Shown here piece by piece: positions 8,642 through 18,089 of a stretch of 40,000 bases of DNA. How positions within the stretch are numbered: the stretch's first letter is position 1; each line of letters begins with the position of its first letter. Origin of the DNA: Aeromonas phage CF8; the sequence record MK774614.2; one strand, given 5' to 3'. Below the pieces are notes generated by a model. The model was not told the origin of the DNA and ran no database searches. It saw only the letters and a list, made by a program, of their open reading frames with translations. The translations under genes and the position numbers were made by a program.

Positions 8642-10408
8642 ATGACAATGGGATTTAATACCAATAACCCTTTGGGGTCTAGCGACGAGCGCGACTTCTA
8701 CGATAACAGCGCCAATTTAGATAAAGCACTTAATTCGGAAGCTGAAAATTGGACAGATCGTTTAGGTGTAGAGAGGCCGACGGTTGATTACGTTCTGAAA
8801 CAAGCTGGATTTACACCAGCGGGGTTTGACTTTAAAACAGGTGGAACATTACGCGCGATTGATCGTAATAAATGTGTCTTTAACCAAGCTGACCAAACCT
8901 GGTATATGTGGCAAGGGGATCTTCCCAAAACAGTTGCTGCAAACAGCACACCTAATCCATTAGGAGATAATGGGTGGAAACCGGAAGCTGTTGATACAGG
9001 TGGTAAATTAAGATCTGACCTTTTAAATGGTTCTCTCGTAATGAGGAACGGACTCTTTGCACAAAGAGATTTTGTTAGTGTTAGAGATTTTGGAGTTAAA
9101 GGCGACGGTATTACGGACGATACCCAAGCCATACAGTTGGCGATAAATTTTGCAAGTTCAATTTCAGGAGAGTTAATTTTCCCACCTGGAAATTATAATT
9201 TCCAGGGTATTAATTTTGATGGTATCCGTTATACCAAAGTTAAAGGTCTGGGTCGGGTCGTACTAAAGTACACGGGTCCTGAAAATAATTCGGCAATTGA
9301 TTGTTCTGATCCTAGAGACACATCCGGAGTTATATTTGAAAACATCCAACTAGACCTTAATAATGTAAAAAATGTAAAAGGGTTCGATTTATTTTATTTT
9401 ACAAATCAATCTGCTTTAATTGATTGTGGTGTAATCAATGTTTCTGATGGCAGTGTCGGGTTATATTTGGATAGATCCTGGTTTGCTCATTTTGAACGAT
9501 TTACTGTTGTTGGCAATAATCGTTCCAAGACAGGGATCGGTGTTTTCTTTAATAGCCAATTAGAGGCTATTAACGGGATTGTTTTCAACAACATCCGAGT
9601 TCATTCCCTAGGGAGAGGTATAAAACTAAAAACAGGTCAATTTAGTTGTTACGGGAATAGTTTTATTGGCGGAAACATAGAACAATGCGGAATTGGGTTA
9701 GAGATAGAGGATCTTGGCGGAAAAGAATTTAACCAGTTGAAATTTTCTGAAATGTATTTCGAAAATCATGATATACATATTAAAATAAATTGCATTTCTG
9801 TTTCAGGATATATTTCGTTTGATAATTCTTACCATGATTTTCACACAGGGTTTATGGACACAAGTGGTAACAAAACCAGAGTACTTTTGGAAGAATGTAA
9901 ATATCTCAGTATTAAAAATACTAATGGTGATCTGATTGGCGCTAGAAACGTTACTTCTAGTAATGTACCAAACCAGGATATAGAAAATGTTATATTTTCT
10001 AGGTATGAGGATTATGTTCCTGTAAAGTCATTAACCTCAGGTACAAATAAAAATCAAAACCAAAATGTACAATTTTATCCCGTAATTGTGGATAGAATAC
10101 AAATACCAGCTTCTCCAACAACCCAAAGCTATAAAATACCCAATAAACAAATCGGGGTTACAGTCCCCTCGGGAGGCGCTGTTGGTCGAATCGAGGTCTT
10201 CACTTACTATAGCTACGGAAAGGTCCCAAGACACGCACTAAGCTACGCGGTCCATAAAACATCAGATAATAAATATGGATTAATGTTGTTGTCAGGACAA
10301 GAAGTTTCTTCATTCTCGCTAACAAGAGATGAAAATACCGGAGAATTAAATTTTATGATTAATTCTGGAGATACAAGCTATCTGCAAGTTGTTTGGCATC
10401 TATTCTAA
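8642..10408 (+). CDS. tailspike / pectate-lyase-fold (right-handed beta-helix) receptor-binding protein
   Basis: ORF listed from 8546; ATG 8642 or 8648 follows AAGGAA. N-terminus NNPLGSSDERDFYDNSANLDKALNSEAENWTDRLG is virion-anchoring-like; RDFGVKGDGITDDTQAIQLAI is the classic N-cap of phage pectate-lyase-like tailspikes. Confidence 0.85.
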   Translation: MTMGFNTNNPLGSSDERDFYDNSANLDKALNSEAENWTDRLGVERPTVDYVLKQAGFTPAGFDFKTGGTLRAIDRNKCVFNQADQTWYMWQGDLPKTVAANSTPNPLGDNGWKPEAVDTGGKLRSDLLNGSLVMRNGLFAQRDFVSVRDFGVKGDGITDDTQAIQLAINFASSISGELIFPPGNYNFQGINFDGIRYTKVKGLGRVVLKYTGPENNSAIDCSDPRDTSGVIFENIQLDLNNVKNVKGFDLFYFTNQSALIDCGVINVSDGSVGLYLDRSWFAHFERFTVVGNNRSKTGIGVFFNSQLEAINGIVFNNIRVHSLGRGIKLKTGQFSCYGNSFIGGNIEQCGIGLEIEDLGGKEFNQLKFSEMYFENHDIHIKINCISVSGYISFDNSYHDFHTGFMDTSGNKTRVLLEECKYLSIKNTNGDLIGARNVTSSNVPNQDIENVIFSRYEDYVPVKSLTSGTNKNQNQNVQFYPVIVDRIQIPASPTTQSYKIPNKQIGVTVPSGGAVGRIEVFTYYSYGKVPRHALSYAVHKTSDNKYGLMLLSGQEVSSFSLTRDENTGELNFMINSGDTSYLQVVWHLF

Positions 10409-10417
10409 CTATATTTT

Positions 10418-10449
10418 CTACCTTTATCGCAAGTTTGCGATAAAGGTAG
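10418..10449 (+). terminator. terminator-like hairpin after tailspike gene
   Basis: CTACCTTTATCGC-AAGTTT-GCGATAAAGGTAG, 13-bp stem. Confidence 0.6.
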
Positions 10450-10477
10450 AAACATTATTTTAGTTCCAAAAATAATC

Positions 10478-10501
10478 AAGTAGATATTATCTTTATGTAA
10501 A
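10478..10501 (+). promoter_or_regulatory. AT-rich promoter-like element, class B (CAAGTAGATATTATCTTTATGTAA)
   Basis: Matches 15821, 27345 and 35695 elements (AGATATTATC...TATGTA). Confidence 0.5.
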
Positions 10502-10529
10502 TCCATAGCAGTTTATTTTAGGATCGTAT

Positions 10530-11189
10530 ATGAAACCACATCAGTTACGTTCTAGTTCAACCTATTTGATGACATCTCCCCAAGGAAATATTGCGATACA
10601 AGGTATTCGAAAAATTAATGGAGATTACATATTTTTATTGTACGACGAGTACCCTCCTCATTTACTCGAGTTGTGTTTTGATCACCGACCCACTCGGGAA
10701 CAATTACTGAACTCAATAGTGAGACTACAAGACAATATTGAAGAATACAGTTGCGAACAAACAAAGAAAACAGTCCAGTACTTTATGAAGTATATTAAAA
10801 AGCACAAAGGAAATGTGCTCCAAAAACTCCATAAAGTGATCTTGGATATCAAGTTCAAATACGAAAAGAGTGATTGTTTCACCATTAATAAAAGCACAGT
10901 GTCTTTTAATATTAACCTAGGAGAACAAGCCAAGCTCAGTTTTATTTTTAGACCTAATCTGACGCGTCCTCAAATCGATGTTCAATTAACAATAGGTGGA
11001 CTTCACACAGGGTTCAAAGAAGATATAGGTCTTTATACAACTGAGACGTTGTTAAATACATTTAACAGAAATGTTGATCCAAGACTGGCTAATAAATATA
11101 GTGACATTGTACAAAAAGCCATTGAGCAAAACAAAAACGAGTTAGAACTTCTTTTATATCGTTTTAACAATAAGCTAAGATTAGTTTAA
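10530..11189 (+). CDS. hypothetical protein
   Basis: 219-aa ORF downstream of terminator plus promoter-like element. Confidence 0.75.
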   Translation: MKPHQLRSSSTYLMTSPQGNIAIQGIRKINGDYIFLLYDEYPPHLLELCFDHRPTREQLLNSIVRLQDNIEEYSCEQTKKTVQYFMKYIKKHKGNVLQKLHKVILDIKFKYEKSDCFTINKSTVSFNINLGEQAKLSFIFRPNLTRPQIDVQLTIGGLHTGFKEDIGLYTTETLLNTFNRNVDPRLANKYSDIVQKAIEQNKNELELLLYRFNNKLRLV

Positions 11190-11220
11190 TCCAACGTACA
11201 CTTAGAAAAGGAAATAAACA

Positions 11221-11721
11221 ATGCCTGCACAAATCAACGGTACTGACCATCTTGCCCAGATTGTCAAAAAGAAAATCGCTCCATTACATTTAACCAGTCT
11301 CTGGGAAGAAGGCAATTATCATTTTGAAACAATTGCCCCAGGTTTATTGTTGGAATTTCGTGTTCAATACAGCGAAGAAACCAACAGTGTAGGTATTCGA
11401 GAACTGTGTTTTGTTGTAAGTTACTTTGAAAAGAATACGAGTAATAAAATTGTTATTGCAACAATTGAACATTTTAAAACTTATACTCATAACCAGTTGG
11501 TCAGGGAGATCCACCGAGCTCTTGCCAAAGAGATGTTTAATCGGTTGGGTCAAAACAAAGAAATGGTGTTTGACGGGATTGATTATTATAAAGAATTCAA
11601 AACAAACCCCCGATCAGAATTGGCAAAATTGGCCAGCAAAGCACAAAAGGATTTCTATCGCGGCTACCAGTATGTTCGTAACCCATTTAAAACATTAACA
11701 CAACAAACTGTTCAATTTTAA
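11221..11721 (+). CDS. hypothetical protein, small-ORF array
   Basis: 166-aa ORF, AGAAAAGGAAATAAACA upstream. Confidence 0.75.
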   Translation: MPAQINGTDHLAQIVKKKIAPLHLTSLWEEGNYHFETIAPGLLLEFRVQYSEETNSVGIRELCFVVSYFEKNTSNKIVIATIEHFKTYTHNQLVREIHRALAKEMFNRLGQNKEMVFDGIDYYKEFKTNPRSELAKLASKAQKDFYRGYQYVRNPFKTLTQQTVQF

Positions 11722-11734
11722 TTTTAGGGAATAA

Positions 11735-12484
11735 ATGGCTATGTTTGATTTGAGAACCGAATATAAAGTGTCCACCCAACAACTGCTTGATGCTCGAAAT
11801 GAGTTAATCACCCAAGTTAACAGCGGACTTCAATCAATTGTTCAGCGTCAGCAAACAGGACACTTTAACCGGACTATTTATGGACTGGAAGTAAAGGGGT
11901 TTGTCGGAGAGAAAACAGATTCTGGTTTTCCATGTCATGTGAGTTTATGCACATTCCAAAGTCCTATCTTGTATGTTGATGATCAAGTCGATGTAAAGGA
12001 AATCAACACCGACATTTTGATTGACCAGTGCATTTTGCGTATTGCTCAGCGGATTGTTTCTGACATGTATGATGAAACGTCAACTACTCTCTCAGACAAA
12101 ATCAGGGTTATATTAGATTCTGGGAACTGGGGTCAGTTTAAAGAGCTTTATCGACACTGTAGTATTTTACCTGTTGCAGGTGGGTTCAATTATCATATTG
12201 GAACACCAGGTGGTCATATTGTCAGAAGTGTCGCGTATAACGATTACCGCTTCGCTACCAAAATAGATAAGATGGGATCTGGATACTTTTCAAAAGAAGT
12301 GGAACATGGAAACTCTCCCAAGAACAAGGTGTTCTATTTAAACAAAGAAGGTGTTTCCTCCATTAAGCACGTTAATCATGATCTGATCCACGATTATCTG
12401 ATTGAAGATCTAACGCTCCTTCATCTTCGAGGTGATTTCAATCCGGCGTTAAAACAAACCGCTGTTGTTCTTTATAAGCGGTAA
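11735..12484 (+). CDS. hypothetical protein
   Basis: 249-aa ORF, TTAGGGAATAA upstream. Confidence 0.75.
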   Translation: MAMFDLRTEYKVSTQQLLDARNELITQVNSGLQSIVQRQQTGHFNRTIYGLEVKGFVGEKTDSGFPCHVSLCTFQSPILYVDDQVDVKEINTDILIDQCILRIAQRIVSDMYDETSTTLSDKIRVILDSGNWGQFKELYRHCSILPVAGGFNYHIGTPGGHIVRSVAYNDYRFATKIDKMGSGYFSKEVEHGNSPKNKVFYLNKEGVSSIKHVNHDLIHDYLIEDLTLLHLRGDFNPALKQTAVVLYKR

Positions 12485-12514
12485 TTCTTTTCTCTTATTT
12501 TCGGGATAAATCAA

Positions 12515-12898
12515 ATGACTGTAGCTCAACAACTTTGTGGTATTGAATCTTCTTTACAAGCCCATTTTGGATCGTTTATTCACGATTTGATGAAACAGGT
12601 TAAAGATAATCAATTTAACCTTTATAATCGAACGTATAAAACAATCAAAGGAAAGAGATGTAAATTTGATGCAGCAAAGGGGTTTCAGAAACTCGGTCCA
12701 ATGCAAGTTGCAAACTGGTCAGTACCGCCATTTGTAGATAACCCGCAATACGTACTAGCGACCTTTAAAATCAAGTTCCAAGGCAACCCTGTGGGTATGG
12801 TGAACATTACGGTAGAAGACGTTACAGAAGGGTTCAGCGCCGAGCGCCTTGAAACTTTGGTAACCCCTCTGACTACTAATAGCATTAAATACATGTAA
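12515..12898 (+). CDS. hypothetical protein
   Basis: 127-aa ORF co-oriented, followed by a terminator. Confidence 0.7.
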   Translation: MTVAQQLCGIESSLQAHFGSFIHDLMKQVKDNQFNLYNRTYKTIKGKRCKFDAAKGFQKLGPMQVANWSVPPFVDNPQYVLATFKIKFQGNPVGMVNITVEDVTEGFSAERLETLVTPLTTNSIKYM

Positions 12899-12912
12899 CC
12901 CAATCACCATTC

Positions 12913-12944
12913 AGAGAGAACAGAGCAATTGCTCTGTTCTCTCT
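12913..12944 (+). terminator. intrinsic terminator
   Basis: AGAGAGAACAGAGC-AATT-GCTCTGTTCTCTCT followed by TTT. Confidence 0.75.
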
Positions 12945-12970
12945 TTTGATCTATTACTTAGGAGATAGCG

Positions 12971-13459
12971 ATGAAAATCAGTGTTAACCAAATTAAAGAA
13001 ACATTGTCCACTCACTCTCAACAGATCAACGCTTTCTTTGATCGTAAAGTGGGATCCGTTTGTATGCAAATCCAACCTGGGACCTTGCTTTGTTTAGAAC
13101 ACTCAACCGATGGATATTTCATCTTCTTTCAAAGTGAGGTATTTGGAAAGGTGTTTGTCAGTTTCTCTGCTGATTACATCTATCCAAAGCAAAAGCTTTA
13201 TTTGCAAGTGGATCTTCTTACTAAAGAGATCACTGGACATCTTTGGCATATCTACAAAGAAACTATGTTGATTGTGGATGAAACTACATTATTAGAAGCT
13301 GTTGATGAGTTTTCAAAACAACAAACAGTGTATACGTTCCCCAAACGGCCAGAAGTAAAGGATATCGAACGCGCCGTTAATGGAATCAAATACCTTTTCA
13401 TGGCAGGTGAATTTAAACAAGATGTGAAACTCCCCCTTTCGATTTGTGAACTTAGTTAG
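12971..13459 (+). CDS. hypothetical protein
   Basis: 162-aa ORF with TAGGAGATAGCG RBS. Confidence 0.75.
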   Translation: MKISVNQIKETLSTHSQQINAFFDRKVGSVCMQIQPGTLLCLEHSTDGYFIFFQSEVFGKVFVSFSADYIYPKQKLYLQVDLLTKEITGHLWHIYKETMLIVDETTLLEAVDEFSKQQTVYTFPKRPEVKDIERAVNGIKYLFMAGEFKQDVKLPLSICELS

Positions 13460-13469
13460 AGGAAGCAGT

Positions 13470-13934
13470 ATGTTACCGTCTCGTTACAGTTATCAAATAG
13501 AAGGAAATAAAGTTGTATTCCTAGATAAAGAACACGATGGCGAATTGACCATCAAAATCAAGCCGACTTCGACTAAGGTCGGGTCTGTGATGATGTTTGG
13601 GATTGCCAATGACATTGTGACTGCATTGAGCACTGGAAAGTTGGTGTTAACCCTAAAAGGAAAATCAGTCATCCGCGTTCGGCATGACTTGATCCTTGAA
13701 GGAAACGTGGTATTAAAATCATGTCACCTGACCGATACAGTGATTGTTAATAGTGAGCTGCGATTTGTTTCGATGGAACCTTATACGGAATTTCGAGATT
13801 GCATCATCAGTCATATTGGCAAAACACGGTTTGGAAAGTTTGTCTTCCAAGAATGCCAGTTCAATGTCAACAGCAATATTGAGTTTCCCCCAACCCACAC
13901 TGCCATGTTTCATCACAACAATCTAATACATTAA
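13470..13934 (+). CDS. hypothetical protein, possibly small beta-helix-like
   Basis: Listed from 13446; ATG 13470 follows AGAGGAAGCAGT. Repeating short beta-like segments (KSCHLTDTVIVNSELRF...FRDCIISHIG...FVFQECQF). Confidence 0.65.
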   Translation: MLPSRYSYQIEGNKVVFLDKEHDGELTIKIKPTSTKVGSVMMFGIANDIVTALSTGKLVLTLKGKSVIRVRHDLILEGNVVLKSCHLTDTVIVNSELRFVSMEPYTEFRDCIISHIGKTRFGKFVFQECQFNVNSNIEFPPTHTAMFHHNNLIH

Positions 13935-13942
13935 GGGCGATT

Positions 13943-14251
13943 ATGCAACCTAGTCATCCACTTGCTCGCTTTATGAAAAGTTTTACAGCGTTTATCAATA
14001 ATGATCGTACAATTAAGTCAAGACCACTTAAAGCCATCACTGGAAAGTTTAATCGTTCACTTGAAGAGATCCATATTAAACGAGACAGCAGTGGTAATGT
14101 TACCGGATACCTAATTCACCGACAACAAAAAGTGAACATCGAAATTAAAGACAGTAATGTCGTTATTGGCGGTGCGTTCCCAACCGTGTTTCCAATTGAA
14201 GATAAATCCGGTATTGCTCACTATTTGGAACGGCTATATAACATGCATTAA
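13943..14251 (+). CDS. hypothetical protein
   Basis: 102-aa ORF in tight tandem. Confidence 0.65.
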   Translation: MQPSHPLARFMKSFTAFINNDRTIKSRPLKAITGKFNRSLEEIHIKRDSSGNVTGYLIHRQQKVNIEIKDSNVVIGGAFPTVFPIEDKSGIAHYLERLYNMH

Positions 14252-14268
14252 TTTAGGGAGAACATGTA

Positions 14269-14577
14269 ATGGCACTTAATTTGATCGACGAAGTAGTCTC
14301 TTACTTTACCGGTAAAACAAAACTAGATGGTAAAGTCACGTGGTTTATTCCAACCCCTAAAGGACTCTCTTCCGATCACATCACGATTCGACCAGTTGAC
14401 TATGGGATCACTGGCAAACTGGATTTAAATAATAATCGCTTAGATATCACCGTTAAAGAAGACGAGCTGATTTTATCTAGCATGGGGCATCAAGAATTTC
14501 GTTTCTGTTTAAAGACAGAACTGGATAAAATAACTGATCATTTTCTCAGTTATAAAAATATCTTTCATTTACTGTAA
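14269..14577 (+). CDS. hypothetical protein, possible paralog of 13943-14251
   Basis: 102-aa ORF, same length and tight spacing (GGGAGAACATGTA RBS). Confidence 0.65.
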   Translation: MALNLIDEVVSYFTGKTKLDGKVTWFIPTPKGLSSDHITIRPVDYGITGKLDLNNNRLDITVKEDELILSSMGHQEFRFCLKTELDKITDHFLSYKNIFHLL

Positions 14578-14593
14578 AAAAAAGGAATATGAC

Positions 14594-15757
14594 ATGTGTG
14601 CTATCGAAAATAACGTTGTAACGGAGTCCCCAGAAATAATGACCAGTAAGGTGGTCAATCTGGATGTTAAAATCGAAGAGCAGTGTAAAAAGCTCTTGAC
14701 CCATTTTAACCGCAAGACGTTCAATAAAGACGGTAATTATACTCGTGCTCAAATCGATCATGTTTATAATAACTATCTTTCAGCAGTGAAAATCTATTTG
14801 GAAACCTTCTTCCAATGGTACTCAAAAATCTTAACAGATAAGGAACCTAAATTTTACAAAGAACTTCTTAACTGTTATCTTTTTGCTATAGAAGACACCT
14901 GTCCGCCCGAAATTGAAAAAGTAGTTGCTTTGCAATCAATTCCGCCGATTATTTTGCAAGAAAATCCGCAGTGGCTATGGCTATCGGAGGTCAAATCCTT
15001 AAGCGACCTAAGAACACGTTTACTAGAAGGCTACATGCGTTCTTTCCAGAACCGTTTTCCAGATTATATCAAAGAAATCGCCCTAGAATCCACTACTCAA
15101 AAGGAAACTGTAACCATGTCCAAGCCTGTCCAACGTTTGTCCCAAAATGTCCTTAATCAACTGTACACTTCTCATGGCGTCGATGAAAGGATACCATTTA
15201 AAGTAGCCGGTGAAGAAGGGACGTGCGTGATCTATAAACGTCATCGGGTTAAGTTTGATCGAGTCGCTTATTGGGAGATGACCGATGAGATGGTCAAAGA
15301 AGCTGTTGATCTGATTACCGCACATTGTCAAGCCAAAGACGAATACAAGCAAATACTGAATCAGCTCAACGGTGCAGTCTGTTCCGGTGATGACAATCAG
15401 GTCTTCGCAATTGACCACTGCGTCAAAAAGCTGGTTGAAAGTGATTTGGACACCGCGTTGATCCAACACGGGTTTAAGGAGATCGTTACACTCTCGGTTG
15501 AGACAAAACGAATGGTTCTTGGGCTTATTTTGAATAACCAGTTCAAGAAAAACAAAATCGCTAATTTGACAGAACAGCTGGATAAACAAGCAAAGTCAGT
15601 TCCTGCGCAGATGACCGCTGCCGACCAGCCTCATATTAAACAACCCGAAGGGGTAATCCTCATAGCGGTTCCTTCCAATCGTGGTTGCGGTTCTCTCGAC
15701 ACCCGGATGACGCTCTGCGATTATCTTTCCAACCTTAGCTTTAATCACAAACTCTAA
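14594..15757 (+). CDS. hypothetical protein with possible internal start at 15116
   Basis: 387-aa ORF, AAAAAAAGGAATATGAC upstream; internal AAAAGGAAACTGTAACCATG at about 15100-15118. Confidence 0.75.
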   Translation: MCAIENNVVTESPEIMTSKVVNLDVKIEEQCKKLLTHFNRKTFNKDGNYTRAQIDHVYNNYLSAVKIYLETFFQWYSKILTDKEPKFYKELLNCYLFAIEDTCPPEIEKVVALQSIPPIILQENPQWLWLSEVKSLSDLRTRLLEGYMRSFQNRFPDYIKEIALESTTQKETVTMSKPVQRLSQNVLNQLYTSHGVDERIPFKVAGEEGTCVIYKRHRVKFDRVAYWEMTDEMVKEAVDLITAHCQAKDEYKQILNQLNGAVCSGDDNQVFAIDHCVKKLVESDLDTALIQHGFKEIVTLSVETKRMVLGLILNNQFKKNKIANLTEQLDKQAKSVPAQMTAADQPHIKQPEGVILIAVPSNRGCGSLDTRMTLCDYLSNLSFNHKL

Positions 15758-15771
15758 TAAATAACCCATTT

Positions 15772-15801
15772 AACTCTCTAGCCTTAACGGGCTAGAGAGT
15801 T
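15772..15801 (+). terminator. intrinsic terminator
   Basis: AACTCTCTAGCC-TTAACG-GGCTAGAGAGTT followed by T-rich tract. Confidence 0.75.
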
Positions 15802-15820
15802 ATTCTATTTTTTATTTCTA

Positions 15821-15853
15821 TTTTTATTTCAGCTAGATATTATCGTTATGTAT
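15821..15853 (+). promoter_or_regulatory. AT-rich promoter-like element, class B (TTTTTATTTCAGCTAGATATTATCGTTATGTA)
   Basis: Aligns with 27345-27374 (TTTTATTTCAAGCAGATATCATTATTATGTA); directly downstream of terminator. Confidence 0.55.
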
Positions 15854-15906
15854 AAACAGAGGAGGTTATTAATTAGAGAAGGCCATTGCCCACTAGGAAT
15901 ACCTGT

Positions 15907-16287
15907 ATGAATACTCAAGCAATGATAAAAGCGATCTTTACCGACCAGCTATTGGAAAACAAAGCGAAAGCGTATAAGAACGTTTATGATATTAAATCCA
16001 TGAGTCCTGGTGACAGGCTCAATTTCTTTTCAACTTTTAGATATCGGTTAAATAAAATAGATGTCCTGATTGTCGGTGTTATGATCAGGTTGGAAAATCC
16101 AAACAAGAATGTGCGTATTCATATTACTCACATTAAACTTTGGAAAAAATACACCAAAACCATTTTCAGACAAGGGATCGCAATTAACCATAAATCGATC
16201 TATGAAATACTCGATAGTGAGATCCCCAAACTCCTTGCTCCTAAATTAGAAAAAGCCATTGAGGTAATCAAGCATGAACAGCAGTGA
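15907..16287 (+). CDS. hypothetical protein
   Basis: Listed from 15886; ATG 15907 follows TAGGAATACCTGT. Confidence 0.65.
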   Translation: MNTQAMIKAIFTDQLLENKAKAYKNVYDIKSMSPGDRLNFFSTFRYRLNKIDVLIVGVMIRLENPNKNVRIHITHIKLWKKYTKTIFRQGIAINHKSIYEILDSEIPKLLAPKLEKAIEVIKHEQQ

Positions 16288-16675
16288 TCGTATCAACGTT
16301 ATCTCGATCAGTATCCAGGAACAAGTTAATACAATGCTGGATGAACTGGAAAACAAACCATGGCCGCTGGTTGCACAAATTGATGACCAGCTAAGTTTTG
16401 GATTTCGAATTCTCTCCAGTGATGAATTTCGTGTTCAGGTGGAAGCGTTCCAACAGGAAGATGGAAAGTTCACGATCACGCTCAGTGCGTGGTTCACTAT
16501 TCCTGAAACACAATTCCCTGGGAGTCAAATCTTTGCGCTTGCCGTGCCGCAAGGCCGGTTGTTTAACACCAGTTATGCACTCGAAGAGATCGAAAGTGAG
16601 TCTGAACTCTTCGAGAACATTTACAATCTGATCAGAGAGTTTATCCCGGAAGCTATTCGCAGTATCCTCGAATAA
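16274..16675 (+). CDS. hypothetical protein
   Basis: 133-aa ORF overlapping the preceding stop by 14 nt. Confidence 0.65.
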   Translation: MNSSDRINVISISIQEQVNTMLDELENKPWPLVAQIDDQLSFGFRILSSDEFRVQVEAFQQEDGKFTITLSAWFTIPETQFPGSQIFALAVPQGRLFNTSYALEEIESESELFENIYNLIREFIPEAIRSILE

Positions 16676-16794
16676 ACCTCACAGGAACCTCTGTAAGCAA
16701 TTCTTTTAACCAATACGTCTACTACAATACTGTAGCTAGAGAAATCAAACCTAGCTTCATACAGAAGCTTTTGTTATATACATGGAGAACAGTA

Positions 16795-17748
16795 ATGCAA
16801 AAATGTTTCAATATTTATGGTCTGGGCGGTGCTGGTATCAATAACCTTAACTACCTGCTCAAAAATACCAAGCACGGGAAATTCATCGACAACGTTCTGG
16901 GGGTTGATTTCTCTGATGCAAACCCGGGTACCGATGGGGCGTACCATATCGAACGGATGGAAGGAGCTGAAGGCTCTGGTTCTAACAAAGCAACTAACGT
17001 AGCGCAAGCACCCGATCTCATCCAACGCGCTCTGGCCAAGCTTCCTCCCAACAAACTCAACATCGTGATCTATTCTGCCTCTGGTGGTTCAGGTGCTGTA
17101 CTCGGTCCTTATATGGTTCGGGAATTGATCAAGAAAGAGATCCCGGTTCTTTCCATTGTTATTGGCGACAGTACTTCCATCAAGGAAATGGATAACACTG
17201 TGGGAACACTTCGCAGCCTATCCGCGCAAGCCGTTGCTCTGGAAGCACCCGTGCTTTTCTGTTACCGTGAAAACAACACCAAGAATACCCAAGGTGCTGT
17301 TAACACAGAAGTGGCACGGGTAATTGATAATGCATTGCTGATGCTTAACCTCAATAACGAGCGCATCGATTATGCTGACATCAAAAACCTGTTCTTCTTT
17401 ACCAGCGTCGTGAAAGCCGATCCTATCCTGTCCGAAGTCAGTTTCTGCGACGAAACCAAAGTCGCTGAATACAAACGGATGCCAGTTGCTGCGCTGTCAC
17501 TGTATAGTGATATCGATCAGATCCGAGCTCCGTTTGATAACCTGCTTTATCGCAAAGCGGGTTTGTTCACTGAAGGAACCAAAGGGTTTGTCGAAACTGC
17601 ACACGTGGTACTGGATCACGGTTCTACCCTCCTGGGTCTGGAAGAGATGATGAAAGAGCAGGCTGCTAAGCAAGCCGAACTCTCGGGTCGCCATAAAGCC
17701 AAGAAATTGGATCTTAGTGGTGCCAATGACGATGGGATGTTCTTGTAA
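16795..17748 (+). CDS. FtsZ/tubulin-superfamily GTPase, PhuZ-like phage spindle protein candidate
   Basis: 317 aa from ATG 16795 (RBS GGAGAACAGTA). FNIYGLGGAGINNL N-terminal glycine loop and IYSASGGSGAVLGPYMVREL (tubulin G-box-like signature) followed by IPVLSIVIG. Confidence 0.7.
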   Translation: MQKCFNIYGLGGAGINNLNYLLKNTKHGKFIDNVLGVDFSDANPGTDGAYHIERMEGAEGSGSNKATNVAQAPDLIQRALAKLPPNKLNIVIYSASGGSGAVLGPYMVRELIKKEIPVLSIVIGDSTSIKEMDNTVGTLRSLSAQAVALEAPVLFCYRENNTKNTQGAVNTEVARVIDNALLMLNLNNERIDYADIKNLFFFTSVVKADPILSEVSFCDETKVAEYKRMPVAALSLYSDIDQIRAPFDNLLYRKAGLFTEGTKGFVETAHVVLDHGSTLLGLEEMMKEQAAKQAELSGRHKAKKLDLSGANDDGMFL

Positions 17749-17768
17749 GCTTGATTAACATCAGGAGT

Positions 17769-17788
17769 GGGGTAGAGTAATCTACCCC
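17769..17788 (+). terminator. intrinsic terminator-like hairpin
   Basis: GGGGTAGA-GTAA-TCTACCCC followed by TTCTT. Confidence 0.6.
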
Positions 17789-17799
17789 TTCTTAACCCT

Positions 17800-18078
17800 A
17801 TGCAACTTATTTTTAATTTAGCCAGCCACACCCAGAGTTTAAGCGGAATTTCTGAGTGTCCAGAAGGACTCGCGTTTTCGGTAATTCAAGATGCGTGTCT
17901 TGATAACGGAATCCCCCTTCCTCCAAGTCCCTTTGATCGCAACATCTCTTTTGAACACAGCGCGATTTATGAATTGGTTAAAGATTATGTCGATGACACC
18001 TTAACCACAGTCCCTACACCTGAACACGCCACCTTGGTGAACCTTGGTGCCATGCGTTTTCAATTAACCCTCTACTAG
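17800..18078 (+). CDS. hypothetical protein
   Basis: 92-aa ORF in compact gene run after the tubulin-like gene. Confidence 0.65.
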   Translation: MQLIFNLASHTQSLSGISECPEGLAFSVIQDACLDNGIPLPPSPFDRNISFEHSAIYELVKDYVDDTLTTVPTPEHATLVNLGAMRFQLTLY

Positions 18079-18089
18079 GCGGTAATGGC

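Noticed and set aside
14971-15156. Alternative-frame ORFs inside 14594..15757 (14971..15156, 15083..15589 minus)
   Set aside because: Shorter, lacking RBS and overlapped by the better-supported 387-aa frame.
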